Shown one piece after another: positions 12,369 through 21,388 of a DNA stretch of 64,000 bases. Origin of the DNA: Lachnospiraceae bacterium (lineage in GTDB: Bacteria; Bacillota; Clostridia; Lachnospirales; Lachnospiraceae); NCBI GenBank assembly GCA_045128635.1, contig JBGVRS010000170.1:4253-68252 (forward strand). Direction: 5' to 3'. The position numbers and the translations under genes were made by a program. Numbering within the stretch: position 1 is the stretch's first letter; each line of letters opens with the position of its first letter. The notes under the pieces are model-generated. The model saw nothing but the letters and a program-made list of their open reading frames with translations. It did no database searches and had not been told where the DNA came from.

Positions 12369-13445
12369 CTATAATTTCTTTCGTTTTTTTCTTCTAACGC
12401 GATTAATATGTCGTTCAAAATCTCCATGATTAATAAGCTCTGTAAGAACATACTGCATAAAAGTTGGTACAGTGCAGGAATAAAATCCTAATTTTTGTTC
12501 AAATGGTTCTACGAGATGTACTGGCAATACCATATATCCAATACGAATCGAAGCGGAAATTGTCTTGGAAAATGTATTTAAGTAGATAACATTGTCGTGA
12601 TCTGAAATTGCGAACAGTGTTTCGGTTGGTTTGGTGGAAATAGAAAATTCCCATTCAAAATCATCTTCTATGATATAACGCTGGTTTTGTTCAGCCCAAT
12701 GAACATACTCATGTCTTTTTGATGCGGTTGCAGTAACACCGCTAGGATAGCTTCGATATGGAGTTGTATGCAATACCGTTGCTTTTGTATTAGCGAGAGC
12801 TTTGCTGTCAATTCCTGCGTTTGTTAGAGGAAGAGAATCATAAGTGATCTCTGTTGCCTGATAAACTTGTTCTATTTTTTTGTAGGAAGGTGCTTCGATG
12901 GCATAAATGAAGTTTCTTCCAAGCAGTTCTACAATTAATCCGTAAAGGTATTCGGAACCGGAACCAATGACAATCTGTTCTGTGCTTACCTGGATCCCTC
13001 TGTTTCTGGCAAGATAGAGGCGAATCGCTTCTCGAAGTTCATAACATCCTTTGTTTGGAGATTTATCAAGCAGAACATCTCTGCGTTCGGTCAAAACTTT
13101 GCGCATTGTTTTGTTTAGGACAGATATTGGAAAATCAGGATAACTATGCTCACTATGAAGCAGCGGAGTCTCTGAAGGAGGCTCGCTGGAAGCAGCAAAT
13201 CCATCAGTTTTCCGAAATATGACCACAAATCCGCTTCGTTCTCTGGCATCTACATATCCTTCATCACAAAGCAGTGCGTAAGCATGTTCCACGGTGATGG
13301 TACTGACACCTGTTTCAGCAGCAAGACTGCGTTTGGAAGGGAGTTTTGTGTTGTACGGATAATTTTCTGCGATAATATCTTCTCGTATCTGTTTATAGAG
13401 CTGAAGATATACAGGACGTTTTTCTTTATTGATGTGATATCTCAT
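12369..13445 (-). CDS. MocR/PdxR-type GntR-family regulator (wHTH plus aminotransferase-like domain)
   Basis: N-terminal GntR wHTH (LPSKRSLAAETGVSTITVEHAYALLCDEGYV) and a fold-type-I aminotransferase-like domain with NTFSKT. At 358 aa it is short for the family. Confidence 0.8.
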   Translation of the reverse strand: MRYHINKEKRPVYLQLYKQIREDIIAENYPYNTKLPSKRSLAAETGVSTITVEHAYALLCDEGYVDARERSGFVVIFRKTDGFAASSEPPSETPLLHSEHSYPDFPISVLNKTMRKVLTERRDVLLDKSPNKGCYELREAIRLYLARNRGIQVSTEQIVIGSGSEYLYGLIVELLGRNFIYAIEAPSYKKIEQVYQATEITYDSLPLTNAGIDSKALANTKATVLHTTPYRSYPSGVTATASKRHEYVHWAEQNQRYIIEDDFEWEFSISTKPTETLFAISDHDNVIYLNTFSKTISASIRIGYMVLPVHLVEPFEQKLGFYSCTVPTFMQYVLTELINHGDFERHINRVRRKKRKKL

Positions 13446-13536
13446 CTGGTTATATAAAATACTCCTTATTTGGTAATAGTTATATAGTCAGATTTAATAT
13501 AAACTACTTTCATCAGGAAGTAAAGGAGTATAAAAA

Positions 13537-14040
13537 ATGAATACAAAAACGAAAAAACTTGTGATAGCGGCACTTATGGCGGCCCTTACCTGTGTGGCGA
13601 CAATGATGATTACAATTCCATCCCCATTAAAAGGATATTTGAATTTGGGAGATTGTCTGGTACTGACAGCGGGCTGGATGCTTTCTCCTGCCTATGGTTT
13701 TCTTGCAGCAGGAATCGGTTCTGCACTGGCGGATATTTTTGCCGGATATTTTATTTATGCGCCGGCAACTTTTGTGATCAAGGGATTTATGGCGATAATT
13801 GCCGGTTATGGATTTCGATTACTGCATAAAAAATGTACCCATCTGATTTCCAGAATTTTTAGTGGAGCTGCAGCAGAGCTTGGGATGGTGCTTGGATATT
13901 TTGTGTTTGAGGGATTTATGTATGGGTTTTCCGCTTCAGCAGTAAATATTCCGGCAAATAGTGTGCAGGGAATTGCAGGACTATTGATTGGGATTGTGCT
14001 GATGAAGGCAATTGAGAGAAGTAAAATTACGATAGAATAA
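13537..14040 (+). CDS. ECF-transporter S component (substrate unknown)
   Basis: 167-aa protein with ~5-6 TM helices and a typical S-component N-terminus (KKLVIAALMAALTCVATMM). It is divergent from the MocR-type regulator. Confidence 0.7.
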   Translation: MNTKTKKLVIAALMAALTCVATMMITIPSPLKGYLNLGDCLVLTAGWMLSPAYGFLAAGIGSALADIFAGYFIYAPATFVIKGFMAIIAGYGFRLLHKKCTHLISRIFSGAAAELGMVLGYFVFEGFMYGFSASAVNIPANSVQGIAGLLIGIVLMKAIERSKITIE

Positions 14041-14047
14041 AAAGATG

Positions 14048-14086
14048 AAAAAACACCTAAGAGGTTTCCGCTTCTTAGGTGTTTTG
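14048..14086. terminator. Bidirectional terminator between convergent genes
   Basis: AAAACACCTAAGA...TCTTAGGTGTTTT hairpin flanked by an A-run and a T-run. Confidence 0.8.
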
Positions 14087-14091
14087 TTTAA

Positions 14092-14316
14092 TTATTTCTT
14101 TAAATATTTGCCAAGATATTTTTCAGCAACATCTTTTGCTAAGTCGAATTTATCAACTAATTTGGCAACAGTTTCATTTTCTGTTAACCCCATATCTTTA
14201 CATTTTTTGATCAATTCTTCGATTGCTTCTTCTGTAACGTTTTCTTTTACAAAGTCTAAGCCTTTATCAAGTAAATCTTTTGCAGCTTCGCTCTTTAATA
14301 AATCAGATAATCCCAT
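14092..14316 (-). CDS. Small acidic helical protein, unknown function
   Basis: ATG at 14316 is preceded by GAGGAGG at 8 nt. The track ORF extends to 14343, which has only a weak RBS. No recognisable motif. Confidence 0.5.
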   Translation of the reverse strand: MGLSDLLKSEAAKDLLDKGLDFVKENVTEEAIEELIKKCKDMGLTENETVAKLVDKFDLAKDVAEKYLGKYLKK

Positions 14317-14456
14317 TTTGATATCCTCCTCTGAATGTTTCATAAATTTCTCTCACTATAGCAAAAATTGAATGGATACACAAGGAAATTATGACAAAAG
14401 AGGTAGATTGATGTATAATGCTGAAAATGATAATGAAACGAACGAGAGGAATTCAT

Positions 14457-15287
14457 ATGCCTAATATTATAGAGATTACAGATTTTAATGCCCCTGAACT
14501 GGATGTATACGCCCGTTTGAATGAAAACCAGCTGCTGAATCGTGCAGATCCTGCCAATGCGCTGTTTATTGCAGAGAGTCCAAAAGTGGTAGAACGTGCT
14601 ATGAACGCAGGCTATGAGCCGGTATCCATGTTAGTAGAAAAAAAGCATATCGAAGGTGAAGCAAAAGATGTCATTGGAAGATGTGGTGAGATTCCGATTT
14701 ATACTGCTGAGTTTGAAATCTTAAAACAACTTACTGGTTTTGCTTTGACAAGGGGTGTTCTTTGCGCTATGCGCAGAAGAGAGCTGCCAAGTGTGAAAGA
14801 AGTGTGTAAAAATGCTCGCCGAATTGCGATTTTAGAGAATGTTATGAATCCGACCAATGTGGGTGCAATCTTTCGTTCGGCAGCAGCTTTAAACATTGAT
14901 GCAGTCCTTTTAACTCCTGCCAGCAGTAATCCATTGTATCGTCGTGCGGCGAGAGTCAGCATGGGAACCGTATTTCAGATTCCATGGACTTATCTTATTG
15001 GTGATGAATCTGCATGGCCGCATCCGGGAATTGATGTATTGAAACGTCTTGGATTTAAAACAGCAGCGATGGCGTTATCGGATGATTCTGTAGGAATTGA
15101 TGATGAAAAACTGATGTCAGAAGAAAAACTTGCCATTATTCTTGGAACAGAAGGAGACGGACTTGCTACCGCAACTATTGCAGACTGTGATTATACGGTG
15201 AAGATTCCAATGTCTCATGGGGTGGATTCTTTAAATGTGGCTGCTGCAAGTGCAGTTGCATTTTGGCAGCTGGGAAATCGAAGATAA
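14457..15287 (+). CDS. TrmH/SpoU-family RNA 2'-O-methyltransferase
   Basis: SpoU motifs NPTNVGAIFRSAAA, ILGTEGDGL and SLNVAAASAV. ATG at 14457 follows GAGAGGA. Confidence 0.85.
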   Translation: MPNIIEITDFNAPELDVYARLNENQLLNRADPANALFIAESPKVVERAMNAGYEPVSMLVEKKHIEGEAKDVIGRCGEIPIYTAEFEILKQLTGFALTRGVLCAMRRRELPSVKEVCKNARRIAILENVMNPTNVGAIFRSAAALNIDAVLLTPASSNPLYRRAARVSMGTVFQIPWTYLIGDESAWPHPGIDVLKRLGFKTAAMALSDDSVGIDDEKLMSEEKLAIILGTEGDGLATATIADCDYTVKIPMSHGVDSLNVAAASAVAFWQLGNRR

Positions 15288-15419
15288 ATCTTGTTTTTTG
15301 TTGATTTCTTCGAAAAAATCCCAGAAAAATTATGTAAAAATACGAAAAAAACCTACTAAAACAAAGAAAAATATGTTACAATTAAACATCATATAGAAAA
15401 AGCGGAGGAGGCGTATGCG

Positions 15420-16187
15420 ATGTTAGCAATTGAGCGTAAAAATGCGATTTTAGAACGTTTACAAAAAGAGCAGCGCGTATTGGTAGCAGAACTTAGTCTG
15501 GAATATGGCGTTACTGAAGAGACTATTCGAAGAGATTTGGATAAGCTCGAAAAAGAAGGCTTTGTAAAAAAGACTTATGGCGGTGCTGTTTTAAATGAAA
15601 ATACCAATATTGAGATGCCGTTGCGTATTCGTGAAAAGACAAATCGTAAAGAAAAGCAGACGATTGCGACTTTGGTAGCTTCTATGATTGAAGATGGAGA
15701 CAGCATTATTTTGGATTCTTCTTCAACTTCGCTGATGGTAGCTCAGGAGTTAAAGGATCGTAAAAAGCTTACGGTCATTACAAATTCTCTGGAAGTTCTC
15801 ATTGAGTTTTCTAAGTCTAAGGGGGTGCAGGTAATTTCTACCGGCGGTGTGCTGAAAAGCTCTACCCTTTCTCTGGTAGGAAAGAATGCAGAAAAGACGT
15901 TAGAAAATTTCTATGTAGACAAAGCTATCATTTCATGTAAAGGGCTGGATGTCAGAAAAGGTGTCACAGATTCTTCGGAAGCTGATGCGGAAATTAAAAA
16001 AAGCATGGTATCCTGTTCCAAAAGACTGATTATTGCAGCGGATAGTACCAAATTCGGTACGATTTCCTTTGCAAAAGTCGTTGATTTCAGAAAGGGAGAT
16101 ATTTTAGTCACAGATACTCTTCCGGATGATACCTGGGCACAGCGTCTTGCTGACATCGGTGTCGTTGTAGTGACAGAAGATTCATAA
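15420..16187 (+). CDS. DeoR-family transcriptional regulator
   Basis: N-terminal DeoR HTH (RKNAILERLQKEQRVLVAELSLEYGVTEETIRRDLDKLEKEG) plus a C-terminal sugar-phosphate sensor domain. Confidence 0.9.
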   Translation: MLAIERKNAILERLQKEQRVLVAELSLEYGVTEETIRRDLDKLEKEGFVKKTYGGAVLNENTNIEMPLRIREKTNRKEKQTIATLVASMIEDGDSIILDSSSTSLMVAQELKDRKKLTVITNSLEVLIEFSKSKGVQVISTGGVLKSSTLSLVGKNAEKTLENFYVDKAIISCKGLDVRKGVTDSSEADAEIKKSMVSCSKRLIIAADSTKFGTISFAKVVDFRKGDILVTDTLPDDTWAQRLADIGVVVVTEDS

Positions 16188-16204
16188 AAAAGGAGAAAAG
16201 AAAA

Positions 16205-17629
16205 ATGAGCAATCCAATTTACAATCTTGCATTCGACTTTGGCGCATCAAGCGGACGTATGATTTTAAGCAAACTTGAAGATGGCAAAATTACATTAGAA
16301 GAACTTCATCGTTTTACTAACGATCCTGTTCGTATCGGCAAAGTATTCTACTGGGATACATTCCGTTTATTCCATGAATTAAAACAGGGCTTAAAGAAAG
16401 CAGCAGCTAAAAATCTTCCAATTCAGAGTTTAGCAATCGATACATGGGGTGTTGACTACGGTTTATTAGATGCAGACGGAAACTTAATCGGTAACCCAAT
16501 CAACTACCGTGATGACAGAACAATTGGTGTTATCGAAGCTTCTGACAAACTTGTTCCATTAAGCGAACAGTATGCAAGAACAGGTATCCAGTTCATGAAC
16601 TTCAATACTGTATACCAGATGCAGGCAGATAAGATGATGAGACCAGAAATTCTTGAAAAAGCAAAAACTCTGCTTTTCATGCCTGACTTATTTATCTATT
16701 TCTTAACAGGAAAGAAAATCTGTGAATACACAATCGCAAGTACAGGTCAGCTTCTCGACGCTAAGAAGAGAGATTATGACTATGATTATCTTGAAAAAAT
16801 GGGCGTACGTGCAGACTTACTTCAGCCACTGACAATGCCAGGTACAATCGTTGGCGATCTTCTTCCGGAAGTTGTTGAAGAAACAGGTCTTTCAGGCGTT
16901 AAAGTTATCGCTGTTGGTGAACACGATACAGCATCTGCATTCTGTGGCTGTCCATTAGAAGATGAAAATGCAGCAGCATTAAGCTGTGGTACATGGTCAT
17001 TACTTGGTATGGAAGTTTCTGAACCAGTTCTTACAGAAGATGCATTTAAATACAACTATACAAATGAAGGTGGCGTTGAAGGCAAGATTCGTCTCTTAAA
17101 GAACATCAATGGTCTTTGGGTAATGCAGAACCTTCGTAGAAACTGGTGCGAATTCGAATATGAAGTAGGATTCCCAGACATCATCAAAGCTTCCAGAGAA
17201 GCTAAGAGACAGGACTTCATCATTGACCCTAACGATCCAAGATTCACAGCTCCATATAACATGATGAAAGAAGTTATCGCATACTGTGAAGAAACAGGAC
17301 AGGGAACACCAGAAGGTCTTGGTGAAATCGCTATGGCTATCTACAATGGTCTGACACAGGAATACGGCAAGACAGTTAGAAATCTTGAAGTTATCTCCGG
17401 TAAGACAATCTCCTGCCTGAACATGGTAGGTGGTGGTATTCAGGATCAGCTCCTTTGCGAATTAACAGCAAAAGCTATCCAGAAACCAGTTGTTGCTGGA
17501 CCAATCGAAGGTTCCGTTCTTGGTAACGTTTTAATGCAGTTAAAAGCTTTAGGACATATCAAAGATCGTATCGAAGGAAGACAGATTGTAAAAGCTTCTT
17601 TCGAACAGAAAATTCATCAGCCTAAATAA
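16205..17629 (+). CDS. FGGY-family sugar kinase, rhamnulokinase-like
   Basis: N-terminal DFGASSGR and the IDTWGVDYGLLD and GVEGKIRLLKNINGLW motifs are typical of RhaB-type FGGY kinases. No rhaA or rhaD is adjacent. Confidence 0.75.
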   Translation: MSNPIYNLAFDFGASSGRMILSKLEDGKITLEELHRFTNDPVRIGKVFYWDTFRLFHELKQGLKKAAAKNLPIQSLAIDTWGVDYGLLDADGNLIGNPINYRDDRTIGVIEASDKLVPLSEQYARTGIQFMNFNTVYQMQADKMMRPEILEKAKTLLFMPDLFIYFLTGKKICEYTIASTGQLLDAKKRDYDYDYLEKMGVRADLLQPLTMPGTIVGDLLPEVVEETGLSGVKVIAVGEHDTASAFCGCPLEDENAAALSCGTWSLLGMEVSEPVLTEDAFKYNYTNEGGVEGKIRLLKNINGLWVMQNLRRNWCEFEYEVGFPDIIKASREAKRQDFIIDPNDPRFTAPYNMMKEVIAYCEETGQGTPEGLGEIAMAIYNGLTQEYGKTVRNLEVISGKTISCLNMVGGGIQDQLLCELTAKAIQKPVVAGPIEGSVLGNVLMQLKALGHIKDRIEGRQIVKASFEQKIHQPK

Positions 17630-17683
17630 GATGAAAAGCACTTTTAAAGTGCAAAAAAATATAACCTCAGAAGGGAGAATCTT

Positions 17684-18334
17684 ATGGCAGGATTTGAAAC
17701 CACATTAAAAAAATACCCATCCAAGCTTGACTCCAATGTAGTATTGAAAGTATATGAAGGACATTTTGCAACTGTACATTCACATATTACAAAATATTTT
17801 GACTTTTCTACAATTAAAGCCAGAAGAAGCGAAGCTATGGCAGCAGCTAATATTCTTGCAGATAAATATGTAAATACAACAATCGTAGATACAATTCTCT
17901 GTATGGAAGGCACTGAAGTAATTGGTGCATATTTAGCAGATAAGCTGACAAGAAATGGTATTCTCTCTATGAATGCTCATAAGACAATTTATGTAGTATC
18001 TCCTGAAATGGGTACTGGCGGACAGATTGTATTCCGTGATAACAATGAATTTATGATTCGTGGAAAAAATGTTCTCTTATTAGTAGCATCTGCTTCTACA
18101 GGCGGAACCATTTTCCAGTGTGCAGAATGCATTGAATATTATGGCGGTACAATTGCCGGTATTAGTGCAATTTTCAGCGCAACATCAGAAGTTGGAGGTC
18201 ATGATGTAAACTCTATCTTTACAGCAGAAGATGTTCCTGGATATGGCAGTTATAAGATGAAAGATTGCCCATATTGTAAGAATAAACAGAAACTGGATGC
18301 AATCGTAAACGCATACGGATACAGTAAAATTTAA
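17684..18334 (+). CDS. Phosphoribosyltransferase-fold protein with degenerate PRPP motif
   Basis: Type-I PRT-like loop NVLLLVASASTGGT lacks the usual acidic pair. Two Cys pairs are present (CAEC, CPYC). Confidence 0.6.
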   Translation: MAGFETTLKKYPSKLDSNVVLKVYEGHFATVHSHITKYFDFSTIKARRSEAMAAANILADKYVNTTIVDTILCMEGTEVIGAYLADKLTRNGILSMNAHKTIYVVSPEMGTGGQIVFRDNNEFMIRGKNVLLLVASASTGGTIFQCAECIEYYGGTIAGISAIFSATSEVGGHDVNSIFTAEDVPGYGSYKMKDCPYCKNKQKLDAIVNAYGYSKI

Positions 18335-18350
18335 TAATCTTACATAGTAA

Positions 18351-18382
18351 GCAGCCTCCGAATTTAAGGAGGCTGCTTTTTT
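18351..18382 (+). terminator. Rho-independent terminator
   Basis: GCAGCCTCC-loop-GGAGGCTGC followed by TTTTTT. Confidence 0.85.
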
Positions 18383-18487
18383 ACGTGTCAAATCCGAAAG
18401 AATCCTGTTTGCAGGTCTTGTATCTGCTTGACAAAAATGGTATAGTTACTACATATGTGAAACTATGCCTAAAAGGAGTCATATCTT

Positions 18488-19444
18488 ATGAAATGGAATA
18501 AATATACATTAAAAACACGCACAGAAGCAGAAGATATCATCAGCAGCATGATGATGGATGTGGGTGTAGAAGGAATTGAAATTGAAGACAAGGTGCCTTT
18601 GACAGAGCAGGACAAGGCCCAGATGTTTGTAGACATTATGCCAATCGTTGGTGAAGATGACGGAACAGCGTACATTAGCTTTTATTTAGAACCTGAAATG
18701 GATCAGGAAGAAATGCTTCGCAGAGTCCGTGAAGGTTTGGAAGAAATTTCTGAATGGATGGATATCGGTGAAGGAACGATTGTAGCATCTGAAACAGAAG
18801 ATAAAGACTGGATCAACAACTGGAAAGAATATTTCCATCAGTTCTATGTTGATGATATTCTGATCAAACCATCATGGGAAGAAGTAAAACCGGAAGATAA
18901 AGAAAAACTTCTGATTCAGATTGATCCTGGAACAGCATTTGGTACCGGTATGCATGAGACAACACAGCTTTGCATCCGCCAGATTAAAAAATATGTGACA
19001 CCGGAAACAAAACTTCTGGATGTAGGATGTGGAAGCGGTATTCTCTCAATTGTTGCATTAAAACTTGGTGCAGAATCGGCAGTTGGTACAGACCTTGACC
19101 CATGTGCGATTACAGCAACAGAAGAAAATACAGAAGTAAATGGTATTCCAAAAGAAAAATTCGAAGTGATGATTGGTAATATCATTGATGATAAAGAAAT
19201 TCAGGACAGAGTGGGATATGAAAAATATGATATTGTCGTAGCAAACATTCTGGCAGACGTACTGGTGCCATTGACACCGGTCATCGTTAATCAGATGAAA
19301 GTCGGAGGTTTATACATTACTTCCGGTATTATCGATAACAAAGAAGAAACAGTAGTAGAAGCAGTGAAAGCAGCAGGTCTTGAAGTTTTAGAAGTGACTT
19401 ACCAGGGCGAATGGGTTTCTGTAACTGCAAGAAAAAACGGGTAA
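18488..19444 (+). CDS. prmA: Ribosomal protein L11 methyltransferase
   Basis: PrmA motifs IDPGTAFGTGMHETT and LDVGCGSGILSI, with prmA-rsmE synteny. Confidence 0.9.
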   Translation: MKWNKYTLKTRTEAEDIISSMMMDVGVEGIEIEDKVPLTEQDKAQMFVDIMPIVGEDDGTAYISFYLEPEMDQEEMLRRVREGLEEISEWMDIGEGTIVASETEDKDWINNWKEYFHQFYVDDILIKPSWEEVKPEDKEKLLIQIDPGTAFGTGMHETTQLCIRQIKKYVTPETKLLDVGCGSGILSIVALKLGAESAVGTDLDPCAITATEENTEVNGIPKEKFEVMIGNIIDDKEIQDRVGYEKYDIVVANILADVLVPLTPVIVNQMKVGGLYITSGIIDNKEETVVEAVKAAGLEVLEVTYQGEWVSVTARKNG

Positions 19445-19448
19445 GATA

Positions 19449-20189
19449 ATGAGTCATTTTTTTATAACATCAGATCAGATTACGGGAAATGAACTGACAA
19501 TTACAGGTGACGATGTCAATCATATGAAAAACGTACTTCGTATGAGAAGCGGAGAAGCATTTACTGCAGCAGATGAAAATGGAATGTTCTATCGCTGTGA
19601 GGTGGATGTGCTTGACAAACAGCAGGTAACTGCAAAAATTTTGTGGAAAGAAGAAGGTTCCAGTGAGCTTTCTTCAAAAATCTACCTTTTTCAGGGACTT
19701 CCAAAATCTGACAAGATGGAACTGATTATTCAAAAAGCAGTGGAGCTTGGTGCATATCAGATCATTCCGGTTGCTACAAAGCGTGCAATCGTGAAACTGG
19801 ATGCGAAAAAAGAAGCTTCCAAGTTAAAGCGCTGGCAGGCAATCGCAGAAGGTGCCGCAAAACAGTCAGGCAGAATGCTGATTCCACAGATTTCTGAGGT
19901 AAAAACTTATGGTGAAGCACTGCAGATGGCGCAGCAGCTGGATATCAATGTGATTCCATATGAATGCGCAAGAGGCATGGATGGAACCCGTGAGATCTTT
20001 GGAAATATCAAACCAGGTATGAGTGTGGGGATTTTTATTGGTCCGGAAGGCGGTTTTGAAGAATCAGAGGTTGAAAAGGCGGAATCACTGGGTGTGAAAC
20101 CGGTGACTTTGGGCAAAAGAATTCTCCGTACAGAGACAGCCGGACTTACGACGCTGTCGATTTTAATGTATCTGTTGGAGGAATCGTAA
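19449..20189 (+). CDS. rsmE: 16S rRNA (uracil1498-N3)-methyltransferase
   Basis: RsmE pattern: N-terminal PUA-like HHMKNVLRMR and C-terminal GPEGGF..E and LG.RILRTETA. Confidence 0.9.
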   Translation: MSHFFITSDQITGNELTITGDDVNHMKNVLRMRSGEAFTAADENGMFYRCEVDVLDKQQVTAKILWKEEGSSELSSKIYLFQGLPKSDKMELIIQKAVELGAYQIIPVATKRAIVKLDAKKEASKLKRWQAIAEGAAKQSGRMLIPQISEVKTYGEALQMAQQLDINVIPYECARGMDGTREIFGNIKPGMSVGIFIGPEGGFEESEVEKAESLGVKPVTLGKRILRTETAGLTTLSILMYLLEES

Positions 20190-20217
20190 ACCGTATTTTG
20201 AGTAGAAGAGGAAGTAT

Positions 20218-21372
20218 ATGCAGGCATATTTAGATAATTCTGCGACAACCGTGTGTGAACCGGGAGTGGTTGAAAAGGTAGTTCAGATGATGAGCGTCAT
20301 TTATGGCAACCCGTCAGCAATGCACAATAAAGGTGTTGAAGCAGAAAACTATATCAAAGAAGCAAAAGAAATCATTGCAAAGACAATGAAGGTGCAGGAA
20401 AAAGAGCTGATCTTTACATCTGGTGGAACAGAAAGCAATAACCTTGCAATCATGGGATGCGCAGCAGCCAACCACCGTATGGGAAAGCACTTAATTACGA
20501 CAAAAATCGAGCATCCATCCGTTGGCAATGTCATGAAACATATGGAAGAAGACGGATTTGAAGTCACTTATCTTCCGGTGGATGAAAACGGAATTGTAAA
20601 GCTGGACAAGTTAAAAGAAGCACTTCGTCCGGATACCATGCTGGTATCAGTGATGCATGTCAATAATGAAATTGGTGCAGTTCAGCCAATCGAAGAAATT
20701 GGAAAGCTTGTAAAAGCGAACAATAAAGCCACTTTATTTCATGTAGATGCCATTCAGGGATATGGTAAATACCGCATTTATCCAAAGAAAATGGGAATTG
20801 ATTTGTTATCTGTCAGTGGTCATAAGATTCATGGACCAAAAGGTGTTGGATTTTTATACTGCGATTCCAAGGTGAAAATCAAACCAATTATCTTCGGTGG
20901 CGGACAGCAGAAGGATCTGCGATCCGGGACAGAAAACGTACCTGGAATTGTAGGACTTGCTGAGGCTGCAAAAGAAATCTATACAGATTTTGAAGATAAA
21001 ATGAAACATTTATATGAAATCAAAGAGTATTTCGTAGAAAAAGTAACAGAGCTTGAGGGTACGAAAATCAACGGATTGACCGGAAAAGAATCAGCGCCTC
21101 ATGTGGTAAGCGTCAGCTTTCCGGGAATTCGAAGCGAAGTATTGCTACATTCCTTAGAAGATAAAGAAATTTATGCTTCCGCAGGAAGTGCTTGTTCCTC
21201 CAATAAGCCGGCGGTGAGTGCGACTTTGAAAGCAATCAATGCACCAAAGGAACACTTAGACAGCACACTGAGGTTTAGCTTTAGTGTTCATACCACAAAA
21301 GAAGAGATAGATTATTGTATCGAAGTATTGAAGGGATTACTTCCAATGCTTCGTCGTTATGCAAGACATTAG
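20218..21372 (+). CDS. Cysteine desulfurase (NifS/IscS class V aminotransferase)
   Basis: LDNSATT start, PLP-Lys motif SGHKIHGPKG and catalytic Cys loop SAGSACSS. It is adjacent to thiI. Confidence 0.9.
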   Translation: MQAYLDNSATTVCEPGVVEKVVQMMSVIYGNPSAMHNKGVEAENYIKEAKEIIAKTMKVQEKELIFTSGGTESNNLAIMGCAAANHRMGKHLITTKIEHPSVGNVMKHMEEDGFEVTYLPVDENGIVKLDKLKEALRPDTMLVSVMHVNNEIGAVQPIEEIGKLVKANNKATLFHVDAIQGYGKYRIYPKKMGIDLLSVSGHKIHGPKGVGFLYCDSKVKIKPIIFGGGQQKDLRSGTENVPGIVGLAEAAKEIYTDFEDKMKHLYEIKEYFVEKVTELEGTKINGLTGKESAPHVVSVSFPGIRSEVLLHSLEDKEIYASAGSACSSNKPAVSATLKAINAPKEHLDSTLRFSFSVHTTKEEIDYCIEVLKGLLPMLRRYARH

Positions 21373-21388
21373 AAGAGGATAGAGATTT

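Noticed and set aside
14045-14371. 108-aa + strand ORF overlapping the small minus-strand gene
   Set aside because: It starts inside the bidirectional terminator and encodes a Ser/Phe/Asn-rich low-complexity product with no RBS. The minus-strand ORF has a strong GAGGAGG RBS.
17634-17656. Hairpin GCACTTTTAAAGTGC after the FGGY kinase as a terminator
   Set aside because: The palindrome is followed by an A-run, not a T-run, on the + strand. The downstream PRT-like gene is therefore probably co-transcribed.
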